DNA of 64,000 bases, from contig NC_086373.1 in NCBI RefSeq assembly GCF_036588685.1, positions 29,078,001-29,142,000 of the forward strand, written 5' to 3'. The translations under genes and the position numbers were made by a program. Positions 54,149 through 64,000 of this stretch are shown here, piece after piece; position 1 is the first letter of the stretch; the number at the start of each line of letters is the position of its first letter. The stretch comes from Mytilus trossulus (taxonomy: Eukaryota). A model generated the notes under the pieces. The model worked only from the letters and a program-made list of their open reading frames with translations. It ran no database searches and was not told the origin of the DNA.

Positions 54149-55200
54149 TGGAGAACTCTAAAGTGCGATTGTACTCTAAGTGCGATGGTCACGCTAAAGT
54201 GCGATGGTCTACGCAAAGTACGATGATGTCTCACGCTAAAGTGCGATGGTTGTTTTTTCGCTAAAGTGCGATGGTTGTTTGTTCCCTAAAGAACGATGAT
54301 ATTTCGCGCTAAAGTGCGATGGACCAAAGGGTAAGAATCGAGGGCTTTATAATGAATGCTTAATTAAATGTTAAGAAACACTCAATGCAACAATAGTCCT
54401 TTTGTATAATCTAGTATTATAAGGTGTATACCATAGAAAGGTAGTATAATTTAACAGTATGTTAAGTGAATTATTCTTAAGACCGTTATAATTACTAAAA
54501 CGGAAATTAAGGTGTCACAGGATACTATATATTTCTTGTAAATGAATTTTTGACAACTCGTGCGTATTAAATATAATTGGTGAAGCTTGCCGTACACAAT
54601 CTATCGCGTATGGGAACTACACATTCATGTTATATTTTCCGGCAATGTACAAACTATTGTTTTAGCCGATAGTTTATAAATTACGCATGCAAATATGTAC
54701 CTGTATATTGCACACGTTACTTTTCAATAAAAGTGACATTTTAATGGGAACCGCAAAATGAACTACAACATAAACATGATAAATTATGATTCAAATTCAT
54801 CTATTTGCTTCCAATAAAAGCAGGATACAGGATATATTTGTGAATACTACTCGTATGTTTAGGGCCTAAAGTAAAAAGGGTCGACTGCAGGATACAAGTT
54901 ATTCTTACAGCTACCAAAATAAAACACCTTTGCTTTAAGTTTTAAATAAATTAAGTCATTGTCATTTGGTTTAAATTTCTTAATCAAATATTTGTAATTT
55001 GACTACCGGCGTGATTATTTTTAGTTTTTATAAACATTGATAAACGACTGATAACGTTATAATCCAAATACATTTATAACGTCTATACTTTCGCAGACCA
55101 TTGGACTTTAGCGTATGGGAACATCGCATTTTATGGTAAACCATCGCACTTTAGCGTGACATCGTACTTTAGCGTCCCCATCGCACTTTAGAGTCCTACA
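54149..55200. mobile_element. Non-autonomous TIR element (Ginger-like) with taaagtgcgatgg subterminal repeats
   Basis: tggagaactctaaagtgcgat / atcgcactttagagtcctaca termini with a 4-bp TSD AATA. It splits a host repeat. Confidence 0.8.
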
Positions 55201-55699
55201 AATATAAAAGATGAACAACGACACAACAATAAAATGTAAAACGAACTAAGCCTTAGACAAAATCCGATGAGATTAACAAATATAACATCAAAACTAAATA
55301 CATGAATATGGGATAGAAAAGTACCGTGAAACGTCTTATAGTGATGTGAATTCCCACTCAAATATTAGAGGAAACCAATGACACAACAGAAATACAACGT
55401 TAAAATGTAACGAACACAGAAACGAACTGACATGTTCCTGACTTGGTATAGGACATTTTTTAAAGAAAAAAATGATTGTTTGAACCTGGTTTTGTGGCAT
55501 GCCAAGCCTCCCGCTTTAATGGCAATGTTAAATATAACTGTTGTGAACTTACCTATTTATAAAACAAACGGGTCCGAGTGGGCAAAATCTTACATGGGGT
55601 TCACAAAAATATATATACCCCGGCAGTTTCCTGAATATATACTGACAACTCTGTGTTGTTATCCAATCACAAACCTAGACACATTTGTAATCCGTAATA

Positions 55700-56301
55700 T
55701 ATATATATATATATATAAACGAGGCTTAATTGAAAACTAAGTTCAAACCTACGATTGCGTCGGATAAAAACCGCAATTTTTATACTTGTGCATGTAAACC
55801 AAATTTCGTTGTAGAAGGGTCTAAAAACAGCACAAACAACATTTTCCAAAAGACCAAAAAAGTGAAAAAGTATATTTAAACAAAACGCATTTGACTAACA
55901 GGTCGAACAACTGATGTTCTTTAACCCTGCTGACTGCCATTGGCGATTGCCAAAAAAATTGATCACAAGATGTAACAAAATGGATCTTAATATAAATTTA
56001 ATACCAAACAGAAAAATAATAACTTGTGGCCACGATGTTATGCCACAAACATACGGTGACAATATTTTTTTACTACACCAGATCCGGATTTCGACAATGA
56101 ATGTCTCTTCAGTGATGTTAGGGATCAAAACGGTATTTGGAAGGCCATATAAAAAGTACCCTCATTTTTAGATAAAACTCTTGAATTTTAAGAGTCAATA
56201 TAGGATGAACGGATCATATAAACCGGAGGGAATATATGATACAAGCCCAAACGAAAATATATCAACGAGTCTAAATTGAAAACTACGTTCAAACCTACGA
56301 T
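55700..56301 (-). mobile_element. Retrozyme-like unit (family C), ~546 nt period
   Basis: Direct repeat aattgaaaacta(a/c)gttcaaacctacgat at ~55728 and ~56275, flanking the HHR at 56075. A related HHR-less copy lies at ~15680-15960. Confidence 0.7.
56075..56118 (-). ncRNA. Type I hammerhead ribozyme, intact (family C)
   Basis: Minus strand ACAUCA-CUGAAGA-GACA(UUCAU)UGUC-GAAA-UCCGGA-UC/UGGUGU, with all stems paired. Confidence 0.9.
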
Positions 56302-56302
56302 A

Positions 56303-56507
56303 TATATATTAATGAAATAAAATAGTAAAATAAGTTAAAAGTTTTACAGTTCCATTCAATCGATCTCATCCTTCCATTGGGACTCTTCGGGATAACTGAT
56401 ATGGTGCGTTATCAGTTATCCTGAAGAGTCCCAATGGAAGGATGAAATCGATTGAATGGAACTGTTAACTTTTAACTTATTTTACTATTTTATTTTATTA
56501 ATATATA
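56303..56507. repeat. Near-perfect ~100-bp-arm inverted repeat with an 8-nt spacer
   Basis: Arms 56303-56401 and 56410-56507 differ at only a few positions. Confidence 0.95.
56413..56464 (+). ncRNA. Hammerhead ribozyme (family D) in the right arm of a long palindrome
   Basis: CAGUUAUC-CUGAAGA-GUCC(CAAUGGAA)GGAU-GAAA-UCGA-UU/GAAUGGAACUG. Stem I is bulged (CAGUU/AACUG) and stem III is the palindrome AUCGAU. Confidence 0.7.
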
Positions 56508-59500
56508 CATCTGCACATGTGAAATTTATTTTTTACGCCTATATATATAGAGAGAGAGATTTAGTGGCAATAAGAAAACACAATAAACGTTATTAAAATA
56601 TGATACGATACTCGAATACATATTTTTTTAGATACTAAGGACCATTAAAAAAAAGAAAAACGTAACTTCAAATATGGAACCCTTATAATGTACACGTACA
56701 GTTGGAAAGCAGGTCACGGTTTGACCCCAAGTTTATCAGCAACAATAGAGTCACGTGACCGTGAAAATGCAGTAAAAAAAAGGACGAGACAAACCTCATT
56801 TTTACTCTCTATATACTATTGTCGTAATAATAACTTATTGACCTAAATAATCTTGAGTATCCATAGTTTATTCTCGTCAAAGCTCACACATCAAATAAAA
56901 GTCCTTTATTCTTTATTTTATCTGCAAACTTGGAGTTTGGGCGAAAATTGTCAAGTCTCCTGATCGAAACATCTATATATTTACGAGGAAACTAAAAATG
57001 ATGGGCTGAATTTAAATTTAATAAACCATCTCATTAAGACCAACACTCGATATGAATATCTCGGCAATAGAATGTTGGATACGCAAACGTCAAATTGATT
57101 TCAAAACGAAGCGGTGGTTTTGATGCCGATTTGTGCAAGTTGTTATCTCCCCTTAATATCACCTGTCAAAAATAAAAACCCAGCAAAATGCACAAAAAAT
57201 TAGAAAGACAATAAACGAAACTCGATATATAACTATGTTATGATAATATAAAGAAAAGATACTTCCCTATTTTTCAGAGAAGGACTAAATATATAAAATT
57301 AAAAGACAAAATATAAGTAAAAAAAAACCAATTCAGAAATGTGGATCATGACACCTACATGTAAAACTAAAAACCTAGCTATATTGAAAGAAATTAGATC
57401 TGGTGGATGAAATATACTACATGTAATTTTTATATTTGGGATCATTCCTAGCAGAATTTTTTTTAACACTTCTGATAATATTTAATGCAATAAAACATAG
57501 TTTATACAATTTGAATAATCTTTCTGAAAATTGATATAATTACCAGATACATGTAAATAGTACTGATCATATATATTTTATATTCTATAAAGTGTGACGA
57601 AGAGTCACAACAAATTTCTTCAAATAAGAGAGCCTTTTAACCTTAGCCTATGTTTCTTTATAGTTGAACAGTAAAATACAGAAAAGGGATTTATTAGTTT
57701 TATACCTAAAATATTGACAGAAATTCAGTACAAAAAATATGCTTTAAATTATAAGTTAAACTCATACAATTTTGAATTTCAGAATCATTATTATTGTAAA
57801 ATTAAACTACTAGATTAGCTTGTACTGTAGCCCTTTGTCTTATTTCTCAGGGTATTTTATAGATTGTGAAAGTAAACTTTTTTGGAAAAATGGGGCTTCT
57901 TTGAACCTTGAACAGGTTGCTATATCAGCTGCTTTAAAGTATTGCATATATTCTTTACCTGAATACTAGTAATAGGAAATGAAATGAAACTGGTGGGACA
58001 AATTGTGTGCATTTTACTTCAATAATGATCAATGATGCTCAAATTTGACAAGAATTTGCCATTGGAATAAATTCAATTTTGTAAGAACACATCTCTATGA
58101 ATTTACTTCTTGTTTGGCTGACTTGGCTTGATAAGCTAGTTTTTGCTCTTATCAATATAGCTTACTAAGTAAAGAGAAAATAACATAAGCAAGATTGTAT
58201 TAACTGACCTTCATTTCCTTTTTTCATATGTTTTTTTCCTACAGAATTTTCTTTGCAATGCATTTTCTTTTGCTATTTTTGTGCTTTTGTCCATCCATAC
58301 AGTAGGCTATCAATAATTTGTCAGATCTGTCAGAATTTTCCAAGACGTTTAACTTTAGCTTTAAACGCAATAAAGAAGATCTTTGTTTGTTGTTTCACTT
58401 TTCCAATGTGTAAATTTTTACTATGCACATGACCCTGACACATATTTTGTTGTAAACGTTACATGACGTATGTTGAAAAAAGAAAACAATGTCACCGTCA
58501 ATTTGTGTAGGGGATCAACAGGGGGTTTTGTTGCTTTAAAATACAAGTATCGTATTCAATAGTGAAAATCCACAACTTTTAATCAAAATTTCATTCATGT
58601 CTTTATTAAAATCAGTATTTTAGAGAACTTTGAAATAGGAACAATGATAAGAAGCTAAACTTCACTGTTTTGAAGTAGAAACGTAGCTAAAACCAGATAC
58701 AAATTGGCATGGCTGGTGGTCACTCAAATTGATGTATAAAAGTAAAAAATAATGGCTTCAAAAAAGTGTAAAAATTTGAAATAGGTTTCCCGGTTTCATT
58801 TAAGATTATTACCGTTCTTTTCTGTATTTGGATACGCAAACGTCAAATTAGGAAAAATCGATTTTTTTGAAGAAAAAAAAGATGGCTATTTTTTTAGATA
58901 GGACAGGATAAAGGAATAGCATTAACAAGCTATTTTTTGTAATGTTTGTATGCCGTAAATAAATTATATTGGTCACAAAACCTACAAATTTTTAAATTTA
59001 ATTATAATTAAAGCATGACAAGTTGCAAAAAATACTTTAAACGTCAATCTTTTAGCCGATTGATTTGGCGAACTTTTTGACGTTACGGACGACTGTAGCG
59101 CCACCTAATTAATCCCCCCTGCTATTGTTGCTGCTAGAGCTTGACGACAACGGCCGTATCGAAGGACTTGCTTTCCAACTGGTAGGCGCGAAGAAATGAA
59201 ATTGTATGCATACCAATTTAATTTGAATAGATTAAATCATGATTGCTATCATGCTAATGCATAATTGTATATGATTCAACTTATGTTTTAACACTAAAAT
59301 CGACATTTTTCATTGAAAATAAAATTTAGGCAAAGGTGAGTCGAAATAATTTAATGGTTCATTTCAGTTCGTAGTACAGTTGGAACAGTATCAAATATAG
59401 AAGGCGCTCATTGATTTTCAGTCAGTTCTACCATTCACATTAACATGGGGTTTCAAACGGTATGCTATGAAAGAGTGCAATGTTGTTTTTATACTTGACT

Positions 59501-59598
59501 AAATGTATTTAACAAGATTTTGGATTCATTACTATATAATTTTGCTTGATTGATTTGAAGGAAACAAATCGTTTTGAAACATAACGTCAACAAATACA

Positions 59599-59685
59599 AT
59601 GAAAAAAACTAGAAAAGTGTCCTCATTATGCCTTTTTCTTATTTTTGTTATTTTACACATGGTTTGCAAAAGAAACTACGTTAAG
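59599..59685 (+). CDS. First coding exon of GT92 gene B (type II membrane signal anchor)
   Basis: ATG at 59599 gives MKKTRKVSSLCLFLIFVILHMVCKRNYVK (basic tail plus hydrophobic stretch). Ends AAG|gtaagt, phase 0. Confidence 0.7.
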
Positions 59686-60130
59686 GTAAGTCTTTAGTCT
59701 ACCTACTCAGTTCTCGCATCCACACATAAACACACATACATTTATTTTACATATTTATGCAACGATATTATATATAGTATCTGCCGAAGTTTGATAGTTA
59801 TCTCTGTGTACTCCACCAATTATGGCCGCAATGAAAAAGTCGAAGGAGCAGAAAGTGGTTTTAGAAACTAACAATTAATGAATATTTGATAGTTATTATG
59901 GACATAACGAAACTGAACGTGGCATTATGGGCGTAAGTGTATGAATTATTGAAAGTCACACATATTTAGTATCATCAACAAACGGTAGAAGAAAAACGTT
60001 TTTCATACACATCATTCAATTGCAAAATGGATCAGTGTGAACATCATAAATATCACAAAACCTAACACAAATTGCACAGAAAAATAATACAATTGAAATT
60101 GCTACCTAACAGTATTTTGTATCATTTCAG

Positions 60131-60699
60131 AATATAGAATCCTGTTATGAAACTGTACATGTATTCTCTGCAGTAGCACAAGCAAAGACAAAATGGAGTT
60201 TTATAGAGAGTATTGTTCTTGATGTTCTGGATGGATCTAAACATTCTTATTGCGACTGTTGTATAAATGGGTACCAGGGAACACCTATTTATCGTATAAA
60301 TGCTGTTGTGAAGGAGACCTATAATCATAACAGTGAATTCACTGACTTAATAGCAAGACAGTTCAAGTGCTCTGTAAAAAATATTGGTTTTAGGATGGTA
60401 AATATACACTTAATTGGAAAAATTGAATCGTGTAGTATTTCGTATAATCTTCATCCTGTTTTATACCCAGAGATAAAAGAAAACGGATTCGGAATATGTG
60501 CAAAAATAGCCTACAATTATCTTAACCCATTGCACCTTATTGAGTGGTTTGAATATCAGAAAATGATGGGTGTAGACATGGTTTTTATATCTGTACAATC
60601 CTTAAATAAAGACGCTAATAAAGTTTTGAGACATTACGAAAGAGAAGGGATTACAACACTGATTTCTTTTCTAAATAACATGCCCGGGAAATTAGATAT
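60131..60699 (+). CDS. Large internal exon of GT92 gene B
   Basis: atttcag acceptor, phase 0. Open frame NIESCYETVHVFSAV...FGICAKIAYNYLNPLHLIEWFEYQKMMGVDMV...VLRHYEREG, matching the GT92 'C......iEW.Ey..l.Gv' block. The 3' boundary is uncertain (60695 or 60699). Confidence 0.85.
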
Positions 60700-62017
60700 G
60701 TACTTGGAAAATATTTAAAAAACTACAATACTTTATTCAATTTGATAATAACTTTAAATAAGTTTTTGTCTCCTCAGAAATATTATATAACGTACCTATC
60801 TGGATTTACATAACAGATGAAAGATAATTACATGCCATACGAAAATCACACAAAGAATATTTGTGTGTACTGCACTAGAAAATTTCCAATAAAAGAGGGA
60901 CAGGGATGTTCAAATTCATAAGTCGAAAAATTTTAACAACGCAATAGAAAGTAGACATTGCAAATGACGCAGACAAATAACATAAGATAAAACAAAACAA
61001 AATAAAAGACCAAGCAGCACATTCCTAAATAAGAAAAGAAAGTCGATAAAATATGGCTAATATCAGCTAAAAAGCAATTAATCTGTAAGATCATTTAAAC
61101 TACCCCAAAAACTCTTAAATACAATAGACAAAGAATTAAGTGTTTATTATGTATAGTTTTTGCAATAATCATAAAGTGTCGACAAAAATCGATAAAAAAT
61201 GACGTCCATAATATGAAGCACCAGTCCCACTAGACCACAATCGCACCAAGTTCATCGTGATCCAAAACAAATTTAGATCGTGGCGAGGTTGCTGTATGAG
61301 CGGCATGCAAATGCTAATTTTCGTTTCTTTCATGTTGCTTCTGCGTCCTCATTACGCTTCAACAACGATAACTCTACGATTATACCAAGTTCTCGACACG
61401 GTTATTCTACGACTTCACTACGATTATCACGATCTTTCTAAGCTCATCACGTCTTCACTTCAACCATACAACGATTTAACCGATTGCAACACGATCTTAC
61501 CACGCATCCACTACGATTTTGTTACGCTCTTAACACGACCATACTACGATCATACCACGTTCATACCGCGATCTTACTACACTCCAATCGAGTTCCATAT
61601 AAATACTGTATAATTCCTTCTATTGCTAATTGATATTAAAGTAGAGTTTCTCGGACACAACGCAGTCATGTAATCAAAATCTACGTTGTGTCTTGTGTAC
61701 TATCATTTGTCTGTTTGTCTCTTTCATGTTTCGTTATGGCGTTGTCAATGTTGTCGTTGCACAAATAAGTGAGCATAATTTGAAAATGAGATGTGGTATG
61801 ATTTCCACTAGATACAAACTGACTTGGAGGTTTAAAACTACAAAATGTAAAGGTCTGCATACGGACTTCGACAATGAGAAAAAAAAACAATACCAAACAG
61901 TCGGCTATAAATGGTCCCGAAATGACATAATTTAAACAACCCAAAATGAGAAAACTAAAACGTATATTCTTTTAATGCACAGTTCCAAAACTAAAATTAT
62001 GAAACTGTATAATAAAT

Positions 62018-62158
62018 TAAATAACACATATATAGGAGGGTGATAGAGCAGATTGTTACCCCTCGAAAAAGCATTGCCAATATTGGCTTCTCCGCGGTTG
62101 ACAATGTTTTTTCGGGGTAACAATCTGCTCTATCAGCCTCTCAGCTATGTGTTATTTA
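62018..62158. mobile_element. Short palindromic MITE in a GT92 gene B intron
   Basis: taaataacacata..tgatagagcagattgttacccc / ggggtaacaatctgctctatca..tatgtgttattta. Confidence 0.75.
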
Positions 62159-62409
62159 TATTCTAGTATACACATTATTTTGAGGTCACCCCTATAGCGT
62201 AGTATTTAAATTGTAGTCGTTCTCGTACTCGGAGTCAGGTAGTTATTGTAAATCTCTATCAACCACTTGATGTTATAAATTAACAAGCCTTTTAAATCCT
62301 TAATTTATGTACTAGTACTGTAAAAGTGTCAAAATAGCATGGAAAACATGTTTATCTACTGTAAAGTGAACATACTTTTTCATCAATTGTTCTTTTTTTT
62401 TTGTTTTAG

Positions 62410-62579
62410 ATAGAGGATTTACATTACAACAATGGCATTACCACCAAAGTTCCCATGATGAACAGGTGGCTGTTTACTCATGTAAAGAATTTTTTCAAGG
62501 ATTCGCTTTTGTGGCGATCATAGATTTTGACGAAATCATCGTTCACGATACATTTTCAAAATACACACAAATACAAATG
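62410..62579 (+). CDS. DxD-motif exon of GT92 gene B
   Basis: Polypyrimidine tract plus ttag acceptor. Reads RGFTLQQWHYHQSSHDEQVAVYSCKEFFQGFAFVAIIDFDEIIVH...QIQM|gtaact, with a GT-A DFDE motif. The acceptor could be 62409 or 62413. Confidence 0.85.
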
Positions 62580-63117
62580 GTAACTATGCATAGAAAGTAG
62601 ATGATATATTTTGAACATTAAAACGATTAGTTCAACAAAGAGATCGATAATGTAATAATGCAAAATGAGCTTAGAATAATATGAGGCAGGAATTACCTGT
62701 GAATGGGGACGAAGTCTTGATTATTTTTTTTTTAAATCAACAATGTTAAAAAGAGAAACGAAAATACAGTTACGTTTCCGATTTTGGTTCTGTTGTTAGG
62801 GATTTTAGTTGTGACGTTATTTAAGTTATGACGTCATATTCAATGTAAACAAATAAACGCTGTCATCAGGTAACGTTTTTTTTAATAACAAACATTTTTT
62901 TTAAATGAATTAGTATTAGTTCCTTTTTTAGACTGATAAATTTTAAATATATATTTTATTCAAAGTCTCATGTAAACAAGACCGGAAACGGAAGTAGATT
63001 TCTGCGCCGAACCGGAAATTCAAAAACTCGACAAAAAAACATTAGTCCAATAAAAAATTCGGGAAATTTTCCCGATTATTTTTTATTTATTTTTTTATTG
63101 AATTTTCTACTGTAATA

Positions 63118-63439
63118 NNNNNNNNNNNNNNNNNNNNNNNNNNNNNNNNNNNNNNNNNNNNNNNNNNNNNNNNNNNNNNNNNNNNNNNNNNNNNNNNNNN
63201 NNNNNNNNNNNNNNNNNNNNNNNNNNNNNNNNNNNNNNNNNNNNNNNNNNNNNNNNNNNNNNNNNNNNNNNNNNNNNNNNNNNNNNNNNNNNNNNNNNNN
63301 NNNNNNNNNNNNNNNNNNNNNNNNNNNNNNNNNNNNNNNNNNNNNNNNNNNNNNNNNNNNNNNNNNNNNNNNNNNNNNNNNNNNNNNNNNNNNNNNNNNN
63401 NNNNNNNNNNNNNNNNNNNNNNNNNNNNNNNNNNNNNNN
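63118..63439. other. Assembly gap
   Basis: Run of N. Confidence 1.
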
Positions 63440-64000
63440 AGGTATTTTAGTAGAGTTTTTCCTGTAGATTTTGATTTGGTTTACAATTTTTTATCTTTTT
63501 ATGTGTGTGGTTTTCTTGTTATATCTGTAACAGTCTTGTCTATTCTTTCACATTACAATATTGTGAAGTTAAAGGGAAAGATGACTTGCTTGACCGATAA
63601 TTGATGCATTTGGGTTACATGTGAGACATTAATCAATCTACTATCAAATGTTTCTTTTCATCGTATATCATTCAACTGCGTATACGACGGATGTCACCAG
63701 TGGAAATGAAACTTTTAAAAGATCTGCCCTAAGTTTTCTATGGAGTGTATTGTGAATTGGATGTTTGTCCTCGCTTTTTGTCAATGATTTTGATTAACCC
63801 CTGTTATCTTCCCCTCTGTTTACATGACTTATGTAACAACCGAATACACTTGTGTTTCTTAAATCGTGTTATTGTCCTGTTTTAAAAATAATTTGATATT
63901 TTGGTATTGACAAAACTCGAGTCTCTAATGAGTATAACTTGGATATCTTCGTGCAATGTACCAAACTAATTTCCATATATTGTTATTGTAAATAAAATTA

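Noticed and set aside
55895-56171. ORFs similar to those at 15662-15922
   Set aside because: The similarity comes from the shared non-coding family C repeat, with no evidence of coding conservation.
61257-61613. 118-aa ORF
   Set aside because: Lies in an intronic repeat made of acgat/ctacga microrepeats and shows low-complexity translation.

Overview
AT-rich, repeat-dense animal genomic DNA, most likely a bivalve mollusc (Mytilus-type; inferred from the repeat families, not proven), with one assembly gap at 63118-63439. The only host coding content I can support is two same-strand, spliced glycosyltransferase family 92 (GT92/DUF23, galt-1-like) gene parts: the last two exons of one gene (1137-4790) and the first three coding exons of a second (59599-62579). 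The ~55 kb between them is a nested mosaic of transposons: a 5'-truncated L2 LINE, a decayed Tc1, Tx1/L1, CR1-like and Penelope-like RT remnants, Helentron-type HINEs, TGT..ACA MITEs, two multi-kb TIR/foldback elements, SINEs and tandem repeats. The main signal is non-coding: about 15 minimal type I hammerhead ribozyme (HHR) motifs from at least four sequence families. They sit mostly in ~350-550 nt retrozyme-like units and show compensatory changes in stems I and II and a palindromic stem III. Highlights are an L2 LINE inserted in the AUC cleavage triplet of one HHR, a retrozyme array whose 5' end is at the HHR cleavage site, a ~205 bp palindrome with one intact and one core-mutated HHR, and a conserved putative pseudoknot inside the retrozyme body.
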